A DNA stretch of 32,000 nucleotides from Candidatus Woesearchaeota archaeon (lineage in GTDB: Archaea; Nanobdellota; Nanobdellia; Woesearchaeales; UBA11576), in assembly GCA_018675335.1 (NCBI GenBank), contig JABGYH010000001.1:72456-104455 (forward strand), written 5' to 3'. Shown here piece by piece: positions 9,466-16,890 of this stretch (positions are counted from its first letter, which is position 1; every line of letters begins with the position of its first letter). A model generated the notes under the pieces. It had not been told where the DNA came from and did not search any database. It worked only from the letters and a program-made list of their open reading frames with translations. A program made the position numbers and the translations under genes.

Positions 9466-9978
9466 ATGTCTGAAAAAAAGATTATTGTTGATGAAGCAAC
9501 TATCGATTACGAAGGGTTATTTGACTTCGTTGAATTGTATGGCCTTATTGATAGATTTCTTAAAGACAAAGATTATGATAAGTTTGAAAAAAAAAGTGGA
9601 GAGCAAGTTAGTGAAGAAGGAAAACATATCCATTTAATTCTCGTTCCAGCAAAATGGCACAGCGATTATGTTAAAAAACATTTAAAGATAGAAATTATAG
9701 CTCGTAACGTAAAAGAAGTAGAAACGGAAATTGATGATTTGAAAGTAAAATTAAATAAAGGAACATTAAAAATTATGTTATCAGGAATTCTCGAAACTGA
9801 TTGGGAAGGAAGATGGGAAACCAGACCAATTTATTATTTCTTAAAAAAAGTTTATGATAAATATATTTACAGATCAGATACAGATAATTTTTCTGCAGAA
9901 ATTAAAGAAGATGTTAACTTAATTAAAGATCAGCTAGAAGGATTTTTAAATCTTCAAAAATTTAAACAAAGACTTTAA
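9466..9978 (+). CDS. Hypothetical protein (second of two tandem ~170-aa paralogs)
   Basis: 170-aa ORF. It is colinear in pattern with the 8826..9347 product: DY-[DE]-GL near the N-terminus, a central basic beta-rich stretch and a C-terminal amphipathic helix ending in FL. Confidence 0.65.
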   Translation: MSEKKIIVDEATIDYEGLFDFVELYGLIDRFLKDKDYDKFEKKSGEQVSEEGKHIHLILVPAKWHSDYVKKHLKIEIIARNVKEVETEIDDLKVKLNKGTLKIMLSGILETDWEGRWETRPIYYFLKKVYDKYIYRSDTDNFSAEIKEDVNLIKDQLEGFLNLQKFKQRL

Positions 9979-10035
9979 AAAAAAAGAAAACATAATTCAA
10001 ATAAGATAAAAAAAACAAATAAAACAATCTTTTTC

Positions 10036-10407
10036 TTATGACTTAAGAACTTTATCTACTGCATTTAATAATTCATCAGGTTCAAAAGGTTTTGTTAAAT
10101 AATGATCAGTTCCAACCAATACTCCTTTTTCTGCATCAATTTGTTGATTAAGTGCAGTAACCATTAAAATTTTTGTATCTTTAATTTCTTCAATTTGTCT
10201 TATGCTAAAACAAACTTCATAGCCACCTCGATTAGGCAACATAAGATCAAGTACAATTATATCAGGTTTAATTTGTTTGGCAATTTGCAAACCAGTCTCA
10301 CCATCAAATGCTTGATGAACTTCAAATCTATCTTGAAGAATTATTTTTTCTGCTTCTGCAATATGTTTTTCATCTTCTATTATTAGTGCTATTTTTTTCT
10401 TTGCCAT
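10036..10407 (-). CDS. Single-domain response regulator (CheY-like receiver)
   Basis: 123 aa. Acidic pocket IIEDE, phospho-acceptor context IIVLDLMLP, MVTAL (conserved Thr) and LTKPF (conserved Lys) are present. There is no output domain. Confidence 0.9.
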   Translation of the reverse strand: MAKKKIALIIEDEKHIAEAEKIILQDRFEVHQAFDGETGLQIAKQIKPDIIVLDLMLPNRGGYEVCFSIRQIEEIKDTKILMVTALNQQIDAEKGVLVGTDHYLTKPFEPDELLNAVDKVLKS

Positions 10408-10647
10408 TAACTTACACCCTTAAATTTAAATCAACTTATAATCAGATTAATTAAATTCTGTTCAATTATTATTGTGTTATATATTCTAAGCTAAATAAAA
10501 ATATTTAAAATTATCTAAAATTAAGTAAAATAAAGTAAACTTTATAAATACCCTGTTTATTTCTCAGAATGCTCATATATCAAACATATAAGCAAAATAA
10601 GATACAGAATATACGCATATTAAACGAAAAATCTGTACTCCAAATAT

Positions 10648-10838
10648 GTGGGGGTAGCAAAGTCTGGTCAAATGCGCAGGACTTAAGTGCCCAAGGACAC
10701 CTTAGTATCGAACTAGGGCTTTGAAATCCTGTCCCTTAGTGGGTTCGTGGGTTCGAAATTAAACATCAAAAACATAAATCTCCAAAGTTTACGGATGATC
10801 TAAAAATATGATGTTTAACGATTGTCCCATCCCCCACA
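10648..10838 (+). tRNA. tRNA-Leu(UAA) interrupted by two introns (one canonical at 37/38, one in the T-loop at about 59/60)
   Basis: Acceptor GTGGGGG (10648-54) pairs with CCCCCAC (10831-37), with A73 at 10838. There is a 3-bp class-II D stem, GCA/TGC. Anticodon stem CAGGA (10677-81) pairs with TCCTG (10727-31), with UAA at 10684-86. A 15-nt variable arm lies at 10732-46. T stem GTGGG (10747-51) pairs with CCCAT (10826-30). The cloverleaf closes only if ~38 nt (10688-10725) and ~67 nt (10758-10824) are removed. That restores a TTCGAAT T-loop and gives an 86-nt mature tRNA. CCA is not encoded. Confidence 0.75.
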
Positions 10839-10841
10839 TCA

Positions 10842-10848
10842 TTTTTTT
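10842..10848 (+). terminator. Oligo-T tract (T7) after tRNA-Leu
   Basis: TTTTTTT begins 4 nt after the discriminator base. Archaeal RNA polymerase terminates at oligo-T runs. Confidence 0.5.
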
Positions 10849-10900
10849 CTCAACAAATCCAATTAAGCATACATAATTTAATTTAATTACATAAACCGAG

Positions 10901-10940
10901 ATCTTCATTGTTTATTAAACATTAATCTTCATTATTTATT
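10901..10940 (+). repeat. Two 16-nt direct repeats (ATCTTCATTGTTTATT / ATCTTCATTATTTATT) with 24-nt period
   Basis: The copies at 10901-10916 and 10925-10940 are identical at 15 of 16 positions. They sit 70-110 nt upstream of the histidine kinase start. Confidence 0.6.
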
Positions 10941-11010
10941 CTAGAACATTCATATTTTACTTAAGCATATTTTTTTAAACTTCAAACTACCCAATAAAAC
11001 TAGAAAAAAA

Positions 11011-12546
11011 ATGCATGGTGAATTATTATTAGAATTTTTAAGTAATTTTGTTTTAGCAGTTAGACATTTTTTCGGTTTTTTAAGTTCTGTTGAAGGATTA
11101 TGGTTTAAAAATGGAATTGGCCTGGTAATTATTGGCCTGTTTAGTTATATGGTTTTTTTTGAATATAACAAAAATCGAAAAACTGAACTTAAACATTTAC
11201 TCATAGCATTTAGTTTATTTGCATTCCAACATTTAATCACATTCCTATTTTTATTTCTTTATATTTTTGGACATTTCGAAATTGATTTTGTACTATTTCC
11301 TTTATTTAATAGATTGTTAGGATTAATTGCATTTTTTTTAACAGGAATTGCATTCATTTATCCAATCATTAAAGAACTAAAAGAAAAAACAAACAAATTC
11401 ATAAAAAACAAAGTTATTTTGGTAAGTAGCATTTCAATCATTTTTATTTTATTTACGGCATCCTCATTAGATTTACTAGGGGTCGGGTTTACCAATTTTT
11501 TTACTAGAACTATTTTTGTTTGTGTGGACATAGTAATATTAGGTTATTTTGCATATTTCACACTAATTTATTCTTCTAAACATACATTTAACAGAAATAG
11601 CATATCTCTCGCATTTATTTGTTTTCTTATAGCTCCTTTATTTGAATACATACAAATTATTTTTTTTAATGGATATAATCCTAAACTTCTCGTGGCAACA
11701 ACTCCCTTCCCCTTTGTCGGAATTGTTCTTTTATCTTTAGCAGTTTATACTAAACTTGTTAACAAAGCATATTTGATTAACAAAATTAAATTATCAAATC
11801 AAAAACTAGAGTACGAAAAAAAAGTAAGTAAAATGAAAGATGAATTTGTATCAGTAGTATCTCACGAACTTCGAACTCCCCTAACATCCATGAAATTGTA
11901 TTCCTCCCTCATGGAAAGTGGAAAATTTGGTAGAATGAATAAAAAACAAAAAGATGCAATTGGAATTATTAAAAATGAAAATGATCGCTTAGCCAAATTG
12001 ATTAATGATATTCTAGATTTATCAAAAATGGAAGCTAATCAATCAAAACTGGATATTTCTAAGTTTGATTTGTTTGACATAGTGGATGATGGACTTTATA
12101 CAACTCTTGTTAAAAAGAAAAAAATTAAATTTGAAAATAATGTTCCTAAAAACTTTTTTGTAAATGCTGACCAAGATAAAATCAAACAAGTGTTCATAAA
12201 TTTATTTAGCAATTCAATTAAATTTACTCCAAAATATGGGAGCATAATAATTGATGCTAGAAAATTACAAAATAACAAACAATGGCAATTTATCATTTCA
12301 GATAATGGTGCTGGAATGAATAAAGAAAAATTAAATAAAATTTTTGATAAATTTTCTCAATTAAATAATCACATGACTCGAAAAGCAGGAGGATTTGGTT
12401 TAGGCCTTGCAATTGTGAAACAAATAGTGGATCTTCATCAAGGCACAATCCAAGTTGAATCAGATATTGATAAAGGAAGTTGTTTCATATTATCATTTCC
12501 CACAAAAATAAAAAGAAAAAAAGAAAAAATAAAAAGGAAAAAATAA
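11011..12546 (+). CDS. Sensor histidine kinase with polytopic membrane N-terminal domain
   Basis: About 260 aa of TM helices are followed by H-box VSHELRTPL (HisKA), N-box NLFSNSIKF, G1 DNGAGM and G2 GGFGLGLAIV (HATPase_c). The tail is Lys-rich. Confidence 0.9.
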   Translation: MHGELLLEFLSNFVLAVRHFFGFLSSVEGLWFKNGIGLVIIGLFSYMVFFEYNKNRKTELKHLLIAFSLFAFQHLITFLFLFLYIFGHFEIDFVLFPLFNRLLGLIAFFLTGIAFIYPIIKELKEKTNKFIKNKVILVSSISIIFILFTASSLDLLGVGFTNFFTRTIFVCVDIVILGYFAYFTLIYSSKHTFNRNSISLAFICFLIAPLFEYIQIIFFNGYNPKLLVATTPFPFVGIVLLSLAVYTKLVNKAYLINKIKLSNQKLEYEKKVSKMKDEFVSVVSHELRTPLTSMKLYSSLMESGKFGRMNKKQKDAIGIIKNENDRLAKLINDILDLSKMEANQSKLDISKFDLFDIVDDGLYTTLVKKKKIKFENNVPKNFFVNADQDKIKQVFINLFSNSIKFTPKYGSIIIDARKLQNNKQWQFIISDNGAGMNKEKLNKIFDKFSQLNNHMTRKAGGFGLGLAIVKQIVDLHQGTIQVESDIDKGSCFILSFPTKIKRKKEKIKRKK

Positions 12547-12558
12547 AAAAAATAAAAC

Positions 12559-13278
12559 TCAAATTCTTTTCTGAATTCCATATTTCTTTGAAGGGATACA
12601 ATCCATTATCCAAATTACCAAATACATAAATGGCGTATCCAATATTGCTACAACCACTTTTGCCAACCAACCACCTAAAATTATGAAAGAAAGTTGATTA
12701 TTTGGAAAAACACCATAAAACGCTAACATAGTAAACAACGCAGTATCAATTGCTTGACTAACCACAGTTGATGCATTATTTCTAACCCACATGTGTTTAC
12801 CTTTAGTTAGTTTTTTCCAAAAATGAAATGCCCACACATCATGTGACTGACTTATTGTATATGCAATCATACTTGCAATGGCAATTCTCGGAGTTAATCC
12901 TAACACTGAATTAAACATATTTCCCAACTCCATTGCAAAAGGTGCTGAATCCCACGAGATTGCAATAAATATAGACACCACAAATAATACATTTGCAAAT
13001 AGTCCACACCAAACTGCTTTTCGTGCTTCTTTTTTACCCCATTTTTCGGAAATAATATCTGTGACTAAAAAAGTAACAGAAAAAGCTATGATTCCTCCCG
13101 CTACAGTGAATGGACCAAATTGAACTATTTTTGCAGCCAAAACATTTGCAATAACTGCCATTGCAGCCATGGTTCCTATTAAGAACTCCACACCAAACTT
13201 CTTGCTCAATATTCCTGCAAAAGATGTAAGAACCAATGTTGCTAACATCCATATTATTATCAAAATTATGCTTGTCAT
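12559..13278 (-). CDS. Queuosine-precursor transporter family protein (YhhQ/DUF165, VUT family)
   Basis: Polytopic membrane protein with FLVTDIISEKWGKKEARK and ASMIAYTISQSHDVWAFHFWKK...NNASTVVSQAIDTALF, blocks I recognise from YhhQ-type proteins. The track ORF extends to 13323. I prefer the Met at 13278 (MTSIIL...) because a TATA-like element then lies 30 nt upstream and the divergent gene keeps its own promoter space. Confidence 0.75.
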   Translation of the reverse strand: MTSIILIIIWMLATLVLTSFAGILSKKFGVEFLIGTMAAMAVIANVLAAKIVQFGPFTVAGGIIAFSVTFLVTDIISEKWGKKEARKAVWCGLFANVLFVVSIFIAISWDSAPFAMELGNMFNSVLGLTPRIAIASMIAYTISQSHDVWAFHFWKKLTKGKHMWVRNNASTVVSQAIDTALFTMLAFYGVFPNNQLSFIILGGWLAKVVVAILDTPFMYLVIWIMDCIPSKKYGIQKRI

Positions 13279-13300
13279 AACTACCCAATAGTCACCACAA

Positions 13301-13310
13301 AATATAAATA
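13301..13310. promoter_or_regulatory. Shared AT element (AATATAAATA), a candidate bidirectional TATA box
   Basis: It lies 33 nt upstream of the + strand ATG at 13335 and 30 nt upstream of the - strand ATG at 13278. It reads as a TATA-like box on both strands. Confidence 0.4.
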
Positions 13311-13334
13311 TGAGTCCTCCCAAATAGGAATACT

Positions 13335-14075
13335 ATGAAAGACTTTAAAGAAAAATTAAAATTTCTTGGACTCACAAGCAACGAAACAGATGTATACATA
13401 GCACTACTCAAAAATTCAAAAGCAACCGGAGCATTAATCAAAAGATCAACCAACATCTCAAACTCAAGAGTATATTCATCAATAGACACACTAATAGGAA
13501 AAGGATTAGTAACCTATGAAAAAGTCTCAACAGGAAGATTATTCAGCGCAGTAAATCCCGAAATGTTAAATCAATTAGTTGAAGATAGAAAAAAAGAAAT
13601 TGAAACACTAGTCCCCCAACTTAAAGAACTACAAAATCAAAAACACTCAACCACAAAAACAGAAGTATATGAAGGATTAAATGGATTCAACACTGCACTA
13701 ACCAAATTTCTAGAATGCAAAAATAAAAGTCAAATCGACATCATCGCTTTCCCAAATATTGCATACAAAGGACAAGATTTAATAGATATTCTTCGCAGAA
13801 TAAATAACAAATTAATTCTAAAAAAAATGAAAATAAGAGTTCTTGCAGATCACGATAGCCCAATAAAAAACATGAAACATTACCAAAAAAATACAACCAC
13901 CAAATACATGCCCCCCGGTTATGTTAGCCCTTGCGCAATAGACATTTGCGAAGACAAAATATGCATCTTCATTTGGGGGGACAAACCTTATGCATTTTTT
14001 ATCCAAAACCAAGAAGTTGCAGATGGTTTTAAAAGCTACTTCAATTTCCTATGGAGCATAGCCCAATCCCCATAA
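13335..14075 (+). CDS. TrmB-family transcriptional regulator
   Basis: The N-terminal winged-HTH LGLTSNETDVYIALLKNSKATGALIKRSTNISNSRVYSSIDTLIGKGLVTYEK is followed by a coiled linker and a C-terminal effector-like domain, as in TrmB regulators. Confidence 0.8.
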   Translation: MKDFKEKLKFLGLTSNETDVYIALLKNSKATGALIKRSTNISNSRVYSSIDTLIGKGLVTYEKVSTGRLFSAVNPEMLNQLVEDRKKEIETLVPQLKELQNQKHSTTKTEVYEGLNGFNTALTKFLECKNKSQIDIIAFPNIAYKGQDLIDILRRINNKLILKKMKIRVLADHDSPIKNMKHYQKNTTTKYMPPGYVSPCAIDICEDKICIFIWGDKPYAFFIQNQEVADGFKSYFNFLWSIAQSP

Positions 14076-14178
14076 TTCAAACAAAAAAAAGATTAAAACA
14101 TCCATCAAACCCAAATATTTAAATATGAAATCTGAAAAATTTGGTTGATATTAACCACAATAATTCATTAAAAACATT

Positions 14179-14250
14179 GCCTTGGTGGCTTAGTCGTATA
14201 GCGCGCGCTTGGTAAGCGCGAGGTCGTGGGTTCAACTCCCACCCGAGGCT
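14179..14250 (+). tRNA. tRNA-Thr(GGU)
   Basis: 72 nt. Acceptor GCCTTGG/CCGAGGC, anticodon stem CGCGC/GCGCG, loop TTGGTAA, T arm GTGGG-TTCAACT-CCCAC, U73. A T6 tract follows. Confidence 0.85.
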
Positions 14251-14481
14251 TTCATTTTTTATTTATATTAGTTTAAGACAACCATAACTCAAAAAAATTT
14301 ATAACAAAAAAAGTTTATAAAATTTAATCTTAAAATAAAAAATACAAACCTAAAATCAATCCACAATTAACCAACAATAAACAGTTTTTAAATTAAATCT
14401 AAAAACCAATTAATAAATATTTAGTCAATAACTAGCACAATACACGCATTTATTAATACCCTTAAAATTCACATATTAACT

Positions 14482-14554
14482 GCCTCCGTGGCTTAGTGGC
14501 TATAGCGGCTGCCTAGTAAGCAGCAGGTCCCGAGTTCAAGTCTCGGCGGAGGCT
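14482..14554 (+). tRNA. tRNA-Thr with anticodon AGU (A at wobble position 34)
   Basis: 73 nt. Acceptor GCCTCCG/CGGAGGC, D stem GCTT/TAGC, a perfect 5-bp anticodon stem GCTGC/GCAGC, loop CTAGTAA (AGT at 14515-17), T arm CCGAG-TTCAAGT-CTCGG, U73. I found no alternative register that gives a paired anticodon stem. Confidence 0.8.
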
Positions 14555-14789
14555 TTTATTATTAACCATTACAAATTTCTCTTTTTTATTAATATAAATC
14601 TAAAATCAAATTAAACCAAAACTCATTCTAAATAAAACACAAACACCAAATTTAAATCAAAAAACTCACTTGACCGCATATTTAATCCAAATTCACCACA
14701 ACCCTGTAACCACTTTATCATACTCACAATATCGAAATGTTTAAATATTTGTTATTTCTCCAAACACCATAACAAAATTTATTTTTATA

Positions 14790-14808
14790 AATTGAATATA
14801 ATTCAATT
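14790..14808. promoter_or_regulatory. 19-bp palindrome AATTGAAT-ATA-ATTCAATT between a TATA-like box and the first gene of the surface cluster (candidate operator)
   Basis: It has perfect 8-bp inverted arms with a 3-nt spacer. It sits directly after TTTTTATAA (14782-14790) and 20 nt before the ATG at 14828. An AGGGGGA Shine-Dalgarno-like element follows at 14814-14820. Confidence 0.35.
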
Positions 14809-14827
14809 ATTCTTAGGGGGATAAAAT

Positions 14828-16549
14828 ATGGCTGAAACATTAGAAAAAAAATTACTTTTTGTTGGAGGAAGATTTGTAGATCAAGCTCCAGAAAATTTAC
14901 CAATTCCTGCAGATGCAGTTCCAGAAGAGTTAGCTTCGCAATTTGCATGGTTCAAAGAAACCTATGGCAATCAAGCAGAAATTCACTATTTTAATGATAG
15001 CACAACACTTGCAACAGCAATGGGAAACCTTCCAAAAAAATCCGAATTACTAGGAATAGTTACAGAAGCAAATTTTGAAGGAGTAAAAACCCCCCTATTA
15101 TTAGATCCAGATAAAAAATATGAATGGGGAAATGACGCAAAAGAAGGAATAGTTTTAATGAAAAGACTAACCCAAGTAGCAACTTTTAAAGCAGTAGTTT
15201 CAGCATATAATCATAGCGATGAATTAGTAGCAGATCTAAATACCCCTGCAAAAAAAGATGCAGCAGAAGTTACTGATCCAAATCTTAGAACATCACATCT
15301 AGATATCAAAACTACTGAATCTAATAAAATTGCAACTGCATTCGGAAATTATCATGGACTTGAAATCAAATTTCCAGAAGTAAAAGAACCAAAAGTAGAT
15401 CCAGTAAAAGAACCAAAAGTAGAGCCTGCAAAAGAAGCAGAACCAATAGATTTAGAAATACAAGAACCCGCTCCAGTTGCAGTTCTAATACCAGAACCAA
15501 TTCGCTCAGATGTTCCACAACACAAAGGATCAACATTAAAAACAGTTTTATGGACTGCAGGAGTTATTACTGCTCTAGGCTTAACAGGCGCAGGATTTGG
15601 ACTGCATTATTTAAGTTCTGGAAATGTTTCTGAGTATCAAAGAAATTTAAGTGCAGAAATAGGAAAAGCAACAAAAAAAGGATTAATATCCCCTTACCAA
15701 GCAGAATTAATCGCAACAACACATATGACTCCTGACTTTTTTGAAAGATTTAGCAATTCAAGTTTAACTCAAAGATTAACAACTGCAAGAGCACTTATTA
15801 GCGATTATGATGTAGCAAATAATTCTTTTGAAGATTTATTAACAAGTAAAGGTCTGAAAGGCTCACCAGATAACTTCAATTTATCACTCCTTCAGTCAAC
15901 AGAATTAGCTTCATACATCAATGCAAGAGGAGTTTGTCAAATGCTAGGAATTGAAACTGGAGAATGTGATGCAGATCTTGAATCACTTGCAAAACGTCAA
16001 CCAATCCAACTTGCACAAGCAAAAGAACGAGTTTATCAAGATATTGCTCGAGGTCTTGCAGATATGGATCCATCCAAAATAGCAAATGTGGATTTAGTAT
16101 TATCTCAATTAATTACAACATTGCAAGCTGCAGATTCACAATATGCACCATTTAAAGATGGTTTAGTTCCTGGAGCAAACAGAAATGAAAATATAAGAAA
16201 TATTGTTGATGCCTACACTCAACACATGTTAGGCGCACAACAATGGGACCAACATCAAAAAACTCCCACTCCAGAATCAGTTGATTGGAAAACAAAATAT
16301 GATACACTAACTGCAACAAACGGACAACTTCAATTAGATTATGAAGGTGCTCAAGCAACTATTAAAACACAAGCGACAACAATCGCAGGAAAAGATGCAA
16401 CCATAGCTGGATTACAACAACCTACAAGCAGACATAGACGATCTAAACCAACTACAACAACAAAAAAAGTCACGCCAAAAAAAATCGTGACCGAACCACC
16501 AGTTATGAACGTTCCAAGTAGATTCGGTACAGACTCATATACATACTAA
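14828..16549 (+). CDS. Bitopic membrane protein: N-terminal soluble domain, Pro/Glu/Lys-rich spacer, single TM helix, ~310-aa C-terminal domain
   Basis: 573 aa with no N-terminal signal peptide. The spacer EVKEPKVDPVKEPKVEPAKEAEPIDLEIQEPAPVAVLIPEP maps to nt ~15371-15505. The TM helix VLWTAGVITALGLTGAGFGLHYL maps to nt ~15545-15613. The C-terminal part is Q/A/T-rich with a coiled-coil-like end and a basic tail. I recognise no family. Confidence 0.8.
   Translation: MAETLEKKLLFVGGRFVDQAPENLPIPADAVPEELASQFAWFKETYGNQAEIHYFNDSTTLATAMGNLPKKSELLGIVTEANFEGVKTPLLLDPDKKYEWGNDAKEGIVLMKRLTQVATFKAVVSAYNHSDELVADLNTPAKKDAAEVTDPNLRTSHLDIKTTESNKIATAFGNYHGLEIKFPEVKEPKVDPVKEPKVEPAKEAEPIDLEIQEPAPVAVLIPEPIRSDVPQHKGSTLKTVLWTAGVITALGLTGAGFGLHYLSSGNVSEYQRNLSAEIGKATKKGLISPYQAELIATTHMTPDFFERFSNSSLTQRLTTARALISDYDVANNSFEDLLTSKGLKGSPDNFNLSLLQSTELASYINARGVCQMLGIETGECDADLESLAKRQPIQLAQAKERVYQDIARGLADMDPSKIANVDLVLSQLITTLQAADSQYAPFKDGLVPGANRNENIRNIVDAYTQHMLGAQQWDQHQKTPTPESVDWKTKYDTLTATNGQLQLDYEGAQATIKTQATTIAGKDATIAGLQQPTSRHRRSKPTTTTKKVTPKKIVTEPPVMNVPSRFGTDSYTY
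15380..15423 (+). repeat. Perfect 20-nt tandem duplication with 24-nt period (encodes VKEPKVDP / VKEPKVEP)
   Basis: GTAAAAGAACCAAAAGTAGA occurs at 15380-15399 and again at 15404-15423. Confidence 0.9.
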
Positions 16550-16557
16550 GAGTTAAA

Positions 16558-16570
16558 TTTTTTATTTTTT
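16558..16570 (+). terminator. Oligo-T tracts (T6-A-T6) after the 573-aa gene
   Basis: TTTTTTATTTTTT starts 9 nt after the stop codon at 16547-16549. Confidence 0.4.
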
Positions 16571-16890
16571 CTTAAATTTTTATTCATCAATTTTCTAAAC
16601 ATCAATCCCACACATAATTCATACATAATTATCCAACACAGGATAATAACAATTTTATAACAAATATAATCAAATTCTAACTTAACCACCAAATCAACCC
16701 ACAAAAGCCAATTAAAATTTACTACGAACCAATACTAAAAAGCAGAATCTTTATATATTAGTACACCCAAAGAGTAGTTAAGAGTTTTAGGGGGTTTTGA
16801 AAACTCAAATATTGATTTTAAACTAAAAAAGAGCTGAATCTTCGTTATTTTAACGTAAATATCTATTATAATAGTTTAAAGAGTATAAAA

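Noticed and set aside
16782-16806. A hairpin GAGTTTT-(11 nt loop AGGGGGTTTTG)-AAAACTC in the long leader upstream of the 776-aa gene. It shares TTAGGGGG with the Shine-Dalgarno region of the 14828 gene.
   Set aside because: It is only a 7-bp, mostly A-T stem. The short ORF it could serve terminates after 9 codons. It is too weak to call a riboswitch or attenuator without conservation data.
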